DNA of 64,000 nt from an uncultured Hormoscilla sp. (GCA_963921275.4 OZ001293.3:2240001-2304000); one strand, 5' to 3'. Counted from the stretch's first letter, positions 10,828 through 23,079 are shown. Program-made: numbers and translations. The notes: a model not told the origin generated them from the letters alone.

Positions 10828-13800
10828 ATGTCTCCGGAGAGCGCTAGTCGCACTACTCCGGAGACATCGAGGGCTATATTACATGTCCGCAGAAGCTCAG
10901 ATGGCCTATGGGGGCATATTGATCCCCCCCAGCAGGAGTATCAGGCCTTAAGGGCTCTCTATCAAAGCACCAATGGGGCTTCTTGGACGAACAATACAGG
11001 CTGGCGGGACTGGAATTTCAACAGCCAAACTCCCCCCGAAGCTTCTGTTGTTAATGGTTGGTTTGGGGTGACGGTAGATAGCGACAGGGTGACTGAGCTC
11101 CAGCTGAACGTCAACTTCCTGACTGGCAGCATCCCGACGGAGTTAGGGAATCTTTCCAATTTGGAGGATCTCTGGCTGGACTTCAACCAACTGACTGGCA
11201 GCATCCCGACGGAGTTAGGGAATCTTTCCAATTTGGAGGATCTCTGGCTGTTCTCCAACCAACTGACTGGCAGCATCCCGACGGAGTTAGGGAATCTTTC
11301 CAATTTGGAGGATCTCTGGCTGTTCTCCAACCAACTGACTGGCAGCATCCCGACGGAGTTAGGGAATCTTTCCAATTTGGAGGATCTCTGGCTGTTCTCC
11401 AACCAACTGACTGGCAGCATCCCGACGGAGTTAGGGAATCTTTCCAATTTGGCATCTCTCTACCTGGACTCCAACCAACTGACTGGCAGCATCCCCCAAG
11501 AGGTTCTAGATTTGAGTGCCTTCAAGCGGTTGGAAAACCCCCCTTATGTTTTAACCGAGATTTCCGACGTCCAACTCTTGCTAAGTAATAACCTCAACAT
11601 AGACATTAGCGCAAATTTCGGCGACATCAATAACAACATCGACAATTACACAGCTACCGGTTTACCAGGGGGCGTAACGATCAACAGTCGGGGAGTTATC
11701 AGCGGTACTCCTACTACCGCAGACATCTTTACCGTAACGGTAACTGCCACCGACGCTGCTGGGAACAGTTACTCAGAAGCCTTTACTATTAGCGTCAATG
11801 AGATCCTCCAGCAGGAGTATCAGGCTTTAAGGGCTCTCTATCAAAGCACTAATGGGGCTTTTTGGAGGAACAATACAGGCTGGCGGGACTGGAATTTCAA
11901 CAGCCAAACTCCCCCCAAAGCTTCTATTCTTAATGGTTGGTATGGAGTGACGGTAGTTAACAAGAGGGTGACGGAACTCTGGCTGCACTCCAACTTCCTG
12001 ATTCGCAGCATCCCGACGGAGTTAGGGAATCTTTCCAATTTGGAGGAACTCCGGCTGTCCAACAACTTCCTGACTGGCAGCATCCCGACGGAGTTAGGGA
12101 ATCTTTCCAATTTGGAGGATCTCTGGCTGGAGGAAAACCAACTGACTGGCAGCATCCCGACGGAGTTAGGGAATCTTTCCAATTTGGAGTCGCTCCGGCT
12201 GGACGACAACTTCCTGACTGGCAGCATCCCGACGGAGTTAGGGAATCTTTCCAATTTGGAGGATCTCTGGCTGAACTCCAACGAACTGACTGGCAGCATC
12301 CCGACGGAGTTAGGGAATCTTTCCAATTTGGAGTCGCTCCGGCTGGACGACAACTTCCTGACTGGCAGCATCCCGACGGAGTTAGGGAATCTTTCCAATT
12401 TGGAGTCGCTCCGGCTGTACTCCAACCAACTGACTGGCAGCATCCCGACGGAGTTAGGGAATCTTTCCAATTTGGCATCTCTCTACCTAAACTCCAACCA
12501 ACTGACTGGCAGCATCCCGACGGAGTTAGGGAATCTTTCCAATTTGGAGTTTCTCAATCTGAAATACAACCAACTGACTGGCAGCATCCCGACGGAGTTA
12601 GGGAATCTTTCCAATTTGGAGTTTCTCTGGCTGCGCTCCAACCAACTGACTGGCAGCATCCCGACGGAGTTAGGGAATCTTTCCAATTTGGCATCTCTCT
12701 GGCTGACCTCCAACCAACTGACTGGCAGCATCCCGACGGAGTTAGGGAATCTTTCCAATTTGGCATCTCTCGTGCTGACCTCCAACCAACTGACTGGCAG
12801 CATTCCGACGGAGTTAGGGAATCTTTCCAATTTGAGTCGTCTCCGGCTGAACAACAACCAACTGACTGGCAGCATCCCGACGGAGTTAGTCTTTCCCATT
12901 TGTGGACGTTCTACCTGAACAACAACCAACTGACTGGCAGCATCCCGACGGAGTTAGGGAATCTTTCCAATTTGGAGTTTCTCAATCTGAAATACAACCA
13001 ACTGACTGGCAGCATCCCGACGGAGTTAGGGAATCTTTCCAATTTGGAGTTTCTCTGGCTGCGCTCCAACGAACTGACTGGCAGCATCCCGACGGAGTTA
13101 GGGAATCTTTCCAATTTGGAGTTTCTCTGGCTGGAGGAAAACCAACTGACTGGCAGCATCCCGACGGAGGGAATCTTTCCAATTTGATTTGGCTCTGGCT
13201 GGAAGAGAACCAACTGACTGGCAGCATCCCGACGGAGTTAGGGAATCTTTCCCATTTGTCGCAGCTCTACCTGAACAACAACCTCCTGACTGGCACCATC
13301 CCCCAAGGGGTCTTAGATTTGTGGGCTGAAAAGCGGTTGGAAAACCCCCCTTATGTTTTAACCGAGATTCCCGACGTCGAACTCTTGCTAGGTAATAACC
13401 TCGACATAGACATTAGCGACAACTTCGGCGACATCAATAACAACATCAACAATTACACAGCTACCGGTTTACCAGGGGGCGTAACCACCAACAGTCAGGG
13501 AGTTATCAGCGGTACTCCTACTACCGCAGACACCTTTACCGTGACGGTAACCGCCATGGACGCAGTGAGCAATCAAGGGACAGATATCTTTGACATTGTT
13601 ATAGAGAACTCCCCTCCTACCGAGCGTAGCGAGCAACTCTACGAAAACGGGGGGAACGACTATCTCATCGGCAGATATGAAAACGACAGTCTCATCGGCG
13701 GATATGGAAAGGATACCCTCATCGGCGGATATGAAAACGATACTATCTACGGAGGAGGTGGGAACGACTCTCTCATCGGCGGACGTGGAAAAGATACCAT

Positions 13801-14203
13801 CTACGGAGAAGATGGGAACGACTCTCTCATCGGCGGACGTGGAAAAGATTACCTCTACGGAGGAGATGGGAACGACTCTCTCATCGGCGGACGTGGAAAA
13901 GATTACCTCTACGGAGGTGATGAGAACGACACCCTCATCGGTGGACGTGGAGACGATACCCTCGAAGGAGGGGAGGACGCCGATATTTTTGTTCTGAAGC
14001 AGGGCCATGGCCGGGATACCATTATAGACTTTGAAGATGGCACGGACTTGATTGGGCTAGCAGGAAGTTTGAGTTTCGAAGATTTGGCGATCGTCAGGAT
14101 AGGCCGAAATACCTCAATTAACTTTGAAGGGGAAACCCTTGCCACTTTGCAGGGGATTGATTCAACCCTGATTACTAGCGATGATTTCACTGTGGTTACT
14201 TGA
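10828..14203 (+). pseudogene. Putatively secreted LRR protein: 2x(N-cap, LRR array, Ig-like domain) plus RTX Ca-binding tail, with two frameshifts
   Basis: 25 plant-type 24-aa LRRs (LxxLxLxxNxLTGSIPTELGNLSN), ATGLPGG..ISGTPT Ig-like domains and GGxGxD nonapeptides. 4-bp deletions near 12889 and 13168. Confidence 0.9.
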
Positions 14204-14354
14204 AGTTTATCACGATGCCTGCGCGATGCCTTCCGGGTTTTCGCCGTGCGTCCGGAAGGCATTGTAGGTTGCCTGCGTTGCCTGCGTTGCATCCCGATTT
14301 TTCCGGGGCTGAACCAGTTAGATATTAAGCGTAAGCCGTTAAGGGAGGGATGTC

Positions 14355-15656
14355 CTAAGAAGCCGAATGCCTGGGGTAATGCCCGGGATGTGTACCAGTT
14401 ATTGTTCTGGTGCCCGCTGACGTAGATAATCCATATTTGTTAAAATTTTTTAAATAGGTCGCAACTTGAGTTATGATAGATAACGGTGCGACTCGTTCCG
14501 GCGTAAGTCGAAAATATGACGATAGTTCGGGCTGGGGGTGCATTGATGATACATGTATATAGCCGGCGCAGGACACGCTGCCGCTGCCGCTGCCAGCTTT
14601 TTCCTTCCAAGTCTCGGGATAGTCAATATTCAAACCATAACGATCGTTTTCATAGGTGAAATATTTGGGTCCGCGAGTTAGGATGTAATAGGCGACGATC
14701 GCACTCAATCCCACTGCTAGAACTATCCCCGCGATGATAACTTTTTTCCAAGATGAAGGGGGTGGCGGGGGCGGCGGGGGCGGGGATAGGGCCTGCAAGA
14801 CTTCAGCAGCCGACTGGTAGCGATCGCCTTGGTGGTGGCGCACCATTTTATCGATAATATCCGCCAGGCGATCGCTCACATGGGGTGCCCGATCGCGCCA
14901 GACTACTTCATTATTAGTATCTTTTCGCAGGTTAGTAGGGAGTAACCCAGTGAGGGCCTGGATAGCAATCATCCCCACAGCATAGATATCACTACAGAAG
15001 CTAGGACGACCGTGGGATTGTTCGGTCGGCATGTAACCGGGAGTACCAATCAATATGGTACTAGGCGCCTGTCCTTGAGGGTTAAGTATTTGGTTGCCAA
15101 TTTCTTTAACCGCCCCAAAATCAATGGACAATCTTGCCATCCTGTCGGCGCATGATATTGGCCGGTTTCAGGTCGCGGTGAATGGCATTGTGTTTCTGGA
15201 CCCATACTAACACTTCCAGGATCTCCCGCAATAGGGCGATCGTCTCTGCTTCACGCCACTGCTTACCCGGAGTAATTTCGTGAGAGAGTTCCTTTCCCTC
15301 AATATATTCTTGTACCAAATAGAATTGCTGATTTTCCTCAAAATGAGCCAGCGATGTCTCCCCTTTTGTGCGAGTAGCGCTCCCGGGAGACATCGAAAGT
15401 CGCGGGATCTCGTCGTGACTTCCTAACTTTTCCAGCACTGCTGCTTCTCTGTCGAATGCCTTCGACAGTTTCTGCAAGAGAGACGGAGGGAAACTGGATA
15501 GCTTGAGTTGCTTGACAACGCAGTGGGGATGACCTGGACGTTGCCATCGGATGCCAGAAAAGTTATCCCGAAAGTTCCCTCTCCCAATTCCCTAAAGATC
15601 TCATATCGCCCGCCGATAGTCATGAGTCTGTACCCAGTCTTGGTAGTTGGCCGCAA
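14355..15656 (-). pseudogene. Ser/Thr protein kinase with TM segment, frameshifted and C-terminally truncated
   Basis: LGEGTFG, HRDLKPAN, IDFG, GTPGY, SDIYAVG motifs split over three frames. Confidence 0.88.
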
Positions 15657-15877
15657 AATCGGGTGTGGTCAAAACCCGTTGATAAAAATGGGATACCCCA
15701 GCCCCCGGATCCCCCCAAACCCCCCTTAAGAAGGGGGCAAATGAAGCCCCCCCGAGTTCCCTGGCTCTGCCTGGGAACGCAAGGGGGGGTTGGGGGGGGG
15801 ATCCCCTATGCAACAAATGCATGACCACACCCCGCAAAATCTGCCCTTGCTGCGATCCATTTTGCCACAAAAATTGC

Positions 15878-16657
15878 TTAACTGGAAGCGCTAGTATAGA
15901 AGCGCAATGCCAACCGCCAGAAGGCACTCGCTGCCCAAAACAGTCCCAGGGCCAGGGCCAAACTCCCAATCGCCCAGGTAAACTCCCCCCGCGCGAGCAT
16001 CATCTCAGCGGGGACAGTCGTTAAAAATGCTACCGGAACTACGAAAGTAAAGAAGAAGCGGTAAACAGCAGGATAGGCTACTAGAGGGTATCTCCCCGCT
16101 TCTAGCAGACTTCTGAGCACTTCCGTCACATTGTATATTTTCATGAACCAGATGCTAGTAGCTCCCAGCATAAACCACAGGCTGTAGAGGCTGAGAATGC
16201 TGCATAAAAGCGGCACAATCGCCAGTAGGTAATTGCTAACACCAAGTTCTAAATGTTCTCCCGCATAAACGATGATAACTAGACCAAAGAACAAATCTGG
16301 CAACCCCCACAGGGAAAGGGTGCGGGTGGAAAGCCAGAATTGAGAACTAATCGGCTTCAGGAGTATAAAATCTAGCGTACCTTCCTGTACGTAGTTGACT
16401 ATATCATTCAGGTTGGGAATGAGGAAGGTAGCAGAAAGGCCCTGAAGTAAAGTAAAAATATCCATGACTATGAGAGCTTCGGCCCAACTCCATCCGTCAA
16501 AAGTATAGCCAGTGCGGTAAAATAAGAAGAGCCCAAATAAGCTGCCTGCCAGATTACTCAGGCTGCTGATGGCGGCAATGATAAAGTTGAGTCGGTATTC
16601 TAGCACAGCCGCGATCGCGGTTCCCCAGAATAGTCCTAATACTTTCAGATAGCTCAT
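15878..16657 (-). CDS. ABC-2 family (DUF990-like) permease
   Basis: LEYRLNF, GTLDFILLKP, GRYP motifs. Hydrophobic. Confidence 0.88.
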   Translation of the reverse strand: MSYLKVLGLFWGTAIAAVLEYRLNFIIAAISSLSNLAGSLFGLFLFYRTGYTFDGWSWAEALIVMDIFTLLQGLSATFLIPNLNDIVNYVQEGTLDFILLKPISSQFWLSTRTLSLWGLPDLFFGLVIIVYAGEHLELGVSNYLLAIVPLLCSILSLYSLWFMLGATSIWFMKIYNVTEVLRSLLEAGRYPLVAYPAVYRFFFTFVVPVAFLTTVPAEMMLARGEFTWAIGSLALALGLFWAASAFWRLALRFYTSASS

Positions 16658-16713
16658 TTTGTGGTAAGTTATTAGTGGTTTGTAGTGAGGACTTTAGTCC
16701 TCAACCGCTAGTT

Positions 16714-16883
16714 GACGAGGCCAGGACTAAAGTCCTTACTACGAACGGACGAGGCCAGGACTAAAGTCCTTACTACGAACGGACGAGGCCAGGACTAAAG
16801 TCCTTACTACGAACGGACGAGGCCAGGACTAAAGTCCTTACTACGAACGGACGAGGCCAGGACTAAAGTCCTTACTACGAACG
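16714..16883 (+). repeat. Five perfect 34-bp tandem repeats
   Basis: GACGAGGCCAGGACTAAAGTCCTTACTACGAACG x5 with no spacers. Inverted arm at about 16680-16702. Confidence 0.95.
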
Positions 16884-16899
16884 GATAGGAACGGAGGCA

Positions 16900-17568
16900 A
16901 TGAATTATCTTAACTTAGAGGAACTGGCAAACCAGTTAGAAAGCAAAAATTCTCGCGATCGCCTGCTAGCATTAGTGGCCCTGCGGGAGGTACCAGCGGA
17001 ACAAGCCGTGCCTTTAATCAAAAAGGTATTGTACGACGAAATCCTGCCCGTGCGATCGATGGCAATTTTCGCCCTGGGAGTCAAACCCACATCGGAATGC
17101 TTTCCCATCCTAGTACAGTTGCTAGAAACAGATTCAGACTACGGCATTCGTGCTGATGCTGCGGGTGCTTTAGGCTACTTAGAAGATGCCAGAGCCTTAG
17201 AACCCTTAGTGCGGGCATTATATGAAGACACCAGTTGGTTAGTGCGCTTCAGTGCCGCAGTTTCCCTAGGTAATCTCAAGGATAGCAGAGCCCGTGAAGT
17301 TTTAATCCAGGCTCTCGATAGCACGGAAGTAGTGCTCCAACAAGCCGCGATCGCCGCTTTAGGTGAAATAGGCGACATAGAATCAGTCGATCTGCTGCTA
17401 GAATTTGCTGGATCTGAAGATTGGTTACTGCGGCAAAGATTAGCTGAAGCCCTCGGCAACCTGCCCATTTCCAAGAGCATTTCTGCCCTCAAATACCTGC
17501 AAAAAGATAGCAATATTCCCGTGGCTCAAGCAGCAGCATTTTCTCTCCAGCGCCTGTCGGAGTCGTAG
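16900..17568 (+). CDS. nblB: HEAT-repeat phycobilisome degradation protein (NblB-like)
   Basis: RSMAIFALG, DYGIRADAAGALGYL, WLVRFSAAVSLG motifs. Confidence 0.8.
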   Translation: MNYLNLEELANQLESKNSRDRLLALVALREVPAEQAVPLIKKVLYDEILPVRSMAIFALGVKPTSECFPILVQLLETDSDYGIRADAAGALGYLEDARALEPLVRALYEDTSWLVRFSAAVSLGNLKDSRAREVLIQALDSTEVVLQQAAIAALGEIGDIESVDLLLEFAGSEDWLLRQRLAEALGNLPISKSISALKYLQKDSNIPVAQAAAFSLQRLSES

Positions 17569-17597
17569 GGCGGGCGACAAGAGCTGCCCGAGACAAT

Positions 17598-18531
17598 TCA
17601 CAATTGGACAAACTCAAGCTTACCAGTATCAGCATCCAGGTGAACGGGGACACCTACAGGCAAAGCAGCATTAGGGCCATTGTGGCCAAAAGGGAGGTCA
17701 GAGACGATCGGCAGGTTGAGATTACTGAGGCGATCGCGCAGGACTTCATCAACAGTAAAACTAGGAATCCCCAGAGGGGACTGACATTGACTAAAACGGC
17801 CCAAAGCAAGGCCGCGAACTTGATGTATCGCCCCAGTCATGCGCCATTGAGTCAGACATCTGTCAAGGCGGTAAGGAACCTCAAAAACATCCTCAAAAGC
17901 CAAAATCACACCCTCTAGTTGAGGCTGCGCGGGCGTTCCCAAAAGATGAGTCGCCACAGTTAGATTTCCGGGCAACAGCATACCACTAACCCCTAACCGT
18001 CCCCCCAACCGCGACCAAACAGAGGTAACAAAGGGCGTCCCTCCACCCAGCCAAATAAGCGATCGCGAGACCACTGTGGTTCGGCGGCCAGGGTCGTTAG
18101 TACCGGACCGTGAACGCCAGAAATACCAGCGGAGTATTGACTCCAGAGTAAAGCAGTAATATCAGAAAAGCCAATCAACCATTTAGGATAGCTCTCCCGA
18201 AGAGATTCCCCCTGTCCGGGCCAAGTCCAATCTTCCAAAAGTCTGGTGCTACCGTAACACCGTAACCCCCTCTGGCGCAGAGAATAGCGCGACATTCTCT
18301 ATCCTTGAAGGCATCCAGTAACTGCTGACGGCGGTGGGCGTCCGTACCTGCCAAATAGCCCCATTCTCGAGCAAATTCGGTGCCCAACTCTACCCGATAG
18401 CCGCGTTTTTTCCAAATCTCCACACCCTGAAAGAAAGCCATCATATCTCTCAAAGCACCACTAGGAACAATTACCCGCAGTAGATCCCCGGGTTGTAACC
18501 ATTTAGGAGTTAGCACTTTAGCATTAGTCAT
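17598..18531 (-). pseudogene. LD-carboxypeptidase (S66), frameshifted
   Basis: RGGYG, GFSDITAL, GNL, LAFEDV, PFGH motifs across three frames. Confidence 0.87.
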
Positions 18532-18699
18532 CTGGGATCTAAGTATGAAGTCGTAAGCTGGTATCTCGGTGAAATTATCTTTTCCAGTATATCATGGCGG
18601 AGGTGGGCGGTGCCCACCCTACGAGTAAGTCCTATCTTCATTTTACATAGCGAGAAAAGCGCTGCAATCTTTCATTTGCTTCTCTCAACTCTGCTTCTA

Positions 18700-19154
18700 C
18701 TTGCTGAGGTTGTTTAATTTCCTGTTGCAAACGTTTATTTTGATCCTGAAGCTGTTTTTGCAGCTAGCGCATAATCAGATGAGTCTTGACACGGGCTAAA
18801 ACCTCTTCAAACTGAAAAGGTTTAGTAATATAGTCTACCCCACCGACATCAAAAGCCATCACCTTGTCCATTGGCTCATCTAGGGCGCTTAAGAAAATTA
18901 CCGGAATCTCCTTTGTTTGCTCAGATGCTTTCAGTTGTTGACATACTTCATAACCATTCATATCTGGTATCTGAAGATCCAGCAAAATTAAATACGGTGG
19001 CTCTAACTGCACTGATTTTAAGCAATCGGCCCGTCGATCGCTTTCCTCACTTCATATCCCTGCTCCAGCAGCATCGTGGATAAAAAACGCAAATTGTTGT
19101 ATCTTCAACAATCAGTATTTTCTGTTTTTCAATATCAGCTTGATTACTATTCAT
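18700..19154 (-). pseudogene. Response regulator receiver, disrupted
   Basis: LILLDLQIPDMNGYEVC, DYITKPF motifs with frameshifts and a stop. Confidence 0.75.
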
Positions 19155-20358
19155 CTTGTATTTGTTCTGTTAAAGCGACTATCCGATAGAACTCAAAATT
19201 ATCTACCTTTTCTGCCAAAGCCTGGGCCAGAGTTGCGTGACTTTCAGGTATTTGCTTGATTAGCTGCAACATCCGCCCATCTCTACTCGAGACTACAGCT
19301 TTATGAAACTCTGCTATCCAATCAGCAGGCATTATCGATAAGCTGGCAGCCTTCAGGCGATCGCCATCAGATCTTGCTTGAGGCTGACTGCTCATCTCCT
19401 GAGACTGATGGCTTTCTTCATAGACATAGCTCGCCCCTACATGTTCAGCTATCTTTGATAAGAGTACCTCTTTCTGGAAAGGCTTGCGCAGAAAATCATA
19501 ACAACCCAAGCACAGGATCTGATTGCGTTATTCTTCAAAGGCGCTGGCAGTCAAAGCCACGATCGCGGTTTTCTCACCCTCCAAGTGCGCTTTGATCCGT
19601 TTGGTCGCCTTATACCCGTCCATCACCGGCATCTGTATATCCATAAAAATCAAGTGCGGCTCCCAAGTGGACCACAAAGCAATGGCTTCTCGACCGTTTT
19701 CAGCCTCGCGCACCTCGAACCTCAGCCCCCTGATCATTTTTACTAGCAGCAGGCGGCTGACTTTGACATCGTCCACCACCAGGAGGCGATATTTGGGTTG
19801 GTCGGGTGCTAAACCCATTACCTTGCGGGTTGGTGTCGGAGTCTGACTCTGCTGGGGAAAGTCGCGACGCACCTGGATATCAAACTTGAACGTTGTTCCC
19901 TTACCCGGCTGACTGGTTACCCCGATCTCTCCGGACATCAGTTCTACGAATTTTTGGCTAATGGGTAAGCCCAAACCCGTTCCTGACTGGGATTTTCGGC
20001 CAGTTTCCGTTTGCACAAAAGGGTTAAACAAAGCTCCCAACTCTTCCGGGGCAATGCCTGAATCCGTGTCTGATACCTCCCACTCTTGGGGTCTATAGGC
20101 CGTTTCGCCATCCAGGACTGCCTGTTTAGCCAGTTTCTTCCCTTGCTCAAATGGATCGATATCCTTGTCTTGATACTGGGTTTGAGCGACTAAAATTGGT
20201 GGAGATGGAAATATGGCAAAACTCTTGGTTGGGCCACCTACGAAGCCCAGGCAAGTAATGCAGCTAACCAGAAGCCATATCGATCGTCCTGAGGACTTGT
20301 GCTTGGACTGCCCAGATATCTGAGATTGCTGACGAAAGCAACTAACTGCTTTATCCAC
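19147..20358 (-). pseudogene. C-terminal fragment of a hybrid histidine kinase fused to an unrelated gene start
   Basis: GTGLGLPIS (HATPase), receiver domain MDIQMP..KPF, junction near 20080. Confidence 0.78.
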
Positions 20359-20566
20359 TTGCTACGGCTACAATTATTTGCCAACTGGGTATCTCAATCT
20401 ATCTTATACTTAATTATCCTGAATGAATCAAGAAACCCGGTTTTTACAGAAAACCGGGTTTCTGGGCCAAAGAGTGAATCTGCTCGTAGCTTCATTTCGA
20501 TGCTCTCATTTTGATCGGTATCAAAGCTTGCTCAGCATCAGATGCTTCTAAAGAGTCCTCCTCTGG

Positions 20567-21538
20567 CTAGCCAGTAGAAGTTGCTTTACCTTTAGCCAAC
20601 CATGATGGGATTGTATCACGCCGATTGATCAGATAAATGCTGACCAGAGTGAGGCTGACACCCATCCATTGTAGCTGGCTGAGGACTTCCGACAGCAAGA
20701 TATTGCCGAACAGCAGGGCAAATACTGGGGTGAGAAAGGTGAGGGCACTCAGACTGGTGAGACTGCCGCTGGAGGCAAAGTAAAAGAATAATCCGTAGGC
20801 GATCGCACTACCAAATACTGTCCCATAGGCCAGTGCCATCCAGCCACCCAGGTCCATATGCACCCACTGGCCCGACTCGCAAAGGCCGGAAAGGGCAAAC
20901 AAGGGCAACCCTCCCAAAATCATATGCCAGCCTGTAGCTGCCACTGGGTCAGCATAGCGACAGACGTAGCGAATCATAATCGTCCCTACTGCCATCGACA
21001 GGGCTGATACCAGCATCAGCCACTCTCCATGGGCAAACAACTCCGAGAAACCTATCTGAGATATCTGGCCAGTAAATATACTCCCAATCCACTCCGGCGG
21101 CAAGCCGATCGCGCTAATTCCCACTATACCCAGAGCTAATCCTAACCAGCCCCAAAACCCGATCCGCTCTCCAAACAGCCACAGGGCCAATACTGCCACT
21201 GCCAGGGGTTGAGAATCAATCATCACCGACCCCAGGCCAGCGCTAGTTCTCACCAACCCTTCTGCCAGAAAGCCTTGAAATATACTCCCATCGACCAGGG
21301 CAAATAAGCTAATTGTCAACCATGCCCGCCATCCCTGGGGTTGCGGGTGTCCCATCAGCGCCGCAGCGGCCACTATCAGGATTCCAGCTGGCAGCAAACG
21401 CACCCCGGCCATAAACAAGGGCGTGGTATTGTCGATCGTCCCTTTCATCGCTACCATCGCCGTCCCCCATAGGAAAAAGGGCGCGATCAGTAACACTGGC
21501 GCCAAGGGGATTCTTGATTCTGTCAATTTTACATACAT
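20567..21538 (-). CDS. DMT/EamA transporter
   Basis: About 10 hydrophobic segments. PFFLWGTAM, IDSQPL motifs. Confidence 0.9.
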   Translation of the reverse strand: MYVKLTESRIPLAPVLLIAPFFLWGTAMVAMKGTIDNTTPLFMAGVRLLPAGILIVAAAALMGHPQPQGWRAWLTISLFALVDGSIFQGFLAEGLVRTSAGLGSVMIDSQPLAVAVLALWLFGERIGFWGWLGLALGIVGISAIGLPPEWIGSIFTGQISQIGFSELFAHGEWLMLVSALSMAVGTIMIRYVCRYADPVAATGWHMILGGLPLFALSGLCESGQWVHMDLGGWMALAYGTVFGSAIAYGLFFYFASSGSLTSLSALTFLTPVFALLFGNILLSEVLSQLQWMGVSLTLVSIYLINRRDTIPSWLAKGKATSTG

Positions 21539-21753
21539 GCCATGATTCCTTGCCAAATAGATTAATATTTATTATATTATATGTATGATTGTTAAGCTAA
21601 TGATACAAAAATTTAACCCACAAGGCTGTCGAGCGGGCTTCTGCCGAATTGGGCCCTTTGGCTCTTTTGTCTATAATCGGCTATGATTGATTTTATATGT
21701 CAATTTTCAATTTTCCTCGTTCCCTGGCTCCCGCCTGGGAACGTCAATTGCCT

Positions 21754-22575
21754 ATGATTTGGTTTTTTAAGCGCAAGTCCAAGAAACAAATAGCTCGGAT
21801 TGAAATTACCGGGGCGATCGCCGCTTCCACGAGGAAACAGGTACTAGAAGCGCTGGAGATGGTTGAGGAGAAAAAATTTCCGGCCTTACTGTTGCGGATA
21901 GACAGTCCAGGCGGTACAGTAGGAGATTGTCAAGAAATCTACAGCGCCCTGATGCGTCTGCGAGAGAAGGTGAAGATCGTCGCCAGTTTTGGCAATATCT
22001 CTGCTTCCGGAGGAGTCTACGTTGGTATGGGGGCTGAATATATCGTGGCCAATCCGGGCACAATCACCGGTAGCATAGGGGTGATTGTGCGGGGAAATAA
22101 TCTAGAGAGGCTGCTAGAAAAGATCGGCGTTCAATTCCAAACGATCAAATCTGGTCCCTATAAAGACATCTTGGCATTCGATCGGGAAATAACCTCCGCA
22201 GAACAGGATATACTGCAACAGTTAATCGATATTAGCTATCAACAATTTGTCGAAACAATAGCTTCGGCCCGCCAACTGGCAGTCGAAACAGTCAAAACTT
22301 TTGCCGACGGTCGGATTTTTACGGGTCAGCAAGCTTTAGAATTAGGGGTTGTGGACCGACTGGGCACGGAAGCGGACGCCCGGCAATGGGCAGCAGAACT
22401 GGCGGGGTTGGATCCTGTCAAAACTGAGTGCAATACGATCGAGGCACCAAAATCCTTCTGGAGTCGCTTGATATCAGGGGAGAGTAGGGTAAAATCTGAT
22501 CTGTCGGTGGCTATTGACTGGGTAGAGTGGGAAATGTCTACCAATGGTCTGGCTCTTTGGCTGTATCGACTCTAA
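21754..22575 (+). CDS. sppA: Signal peptide peptidase SppA (short form)
   Basis: RIDSPGG, SASGGVY, TGSIGV, KSGPYKD motifs. Confidence 0.93.
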   Translation: MIWFFKRKSKKQIARIEITGAIAASTRKQVLEALEMVEEKKFPALLLRIDSPGGTVGDCQEIYSALMRLREKVKIVASFGNISASGGVYVGMGAEYIVANPGTITGSIGVIVRGNNLERLLEKIGVQFQTIKSGPYKDILAFDREITSAEQDILQQLIDISYQQFVETIASARQLAVETVKTFADGRIFTGQQALELGVVDRLGTEADARQWAAELAGLDPVKTECNTIEAPKSFWSRLISGESRVKSDLSVAIDWVEWEMSTNGLALWLYRL

Positions 22576-22593
22576 GAAGAGGAGGAGAAGCGC

Positions 22594-23055
22594 GTGGATT
22601 GGCGAGTGCGGGCGATTCGCGGGGCAATTACGGTCCCAGAAAATACTATCGAGGCAATCACTCTGGCAGTGACGGAACTACTAGATGAACTGGAAGGAAA
22701 AAATCGGATATTCCCAGACCAGATAATCAGCATGACTTTTTCGGTGACTCGCGATCTGGATGCGATTTTCCCGGCAGCGGTTGCCCGCTTGCGTCCCGGA
22801 TGGGACCAGGTGCCCCTACTGGACGTGCAGCACATGCATGTAGAGTCGGCATTATTACGCTGCATTCGCTTCCTACTTCACGTTAACATGCCAGCCGAGC
22901 AGGTGGTTTACCATCCCTATTTGCGCCACGCTCAAAAATTGCGACCGGATTGGCTAGAGGCACAATCAGTGTCCCTCGGGATCGCATCGTTCCCAGGCAG
23001 AGCCTGGGAACGCACTACCCGGGGGACGCCAACTCCTCATTTTAATCAATTGTAA
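22594..23055 (+). CDS. aroH: AroH-type chorismate mutase with a repeat-derived C-terminal tail
   Basis: RAIRGA, FPAAVAR, LRPDW motifs. Confidence 0.9.
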   Translation: MDWRVRAIRGAITVPENTIEAITLAVTELLDELEGKNRIFPDQIISMTFSVTRDLDAIFPAAVARLRPGWDQVPLLDVQHMHVESALLRCIRFLLHVNMPAEQVVYHPYLRHAQKLRPDWLEAQSVSLGIASFPGRAWERTTRGTPTPHFNQL

Positions 23056-23079
23056 GGTGGGCATCGCCCACCCTACATG

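Noticed and set aside
10962..13227. Antisense repeat ORFs
   Set aside because: They are shadows of the LRR coding repeat.
11089..13300. Diversity-generating retroelement acting on the LRR gene, or a CRISPR array
   Set aside because: NNC codons are suggestive, but framework adenines are invariant, no template repeat or accessory gene is visible, and the RTs here are group II intron type. The repeats are coding.
16714..16883. CRISPR array
   Set aside because: The units are contiguous and identical with no unique spacers, and no cas genes are in the window.
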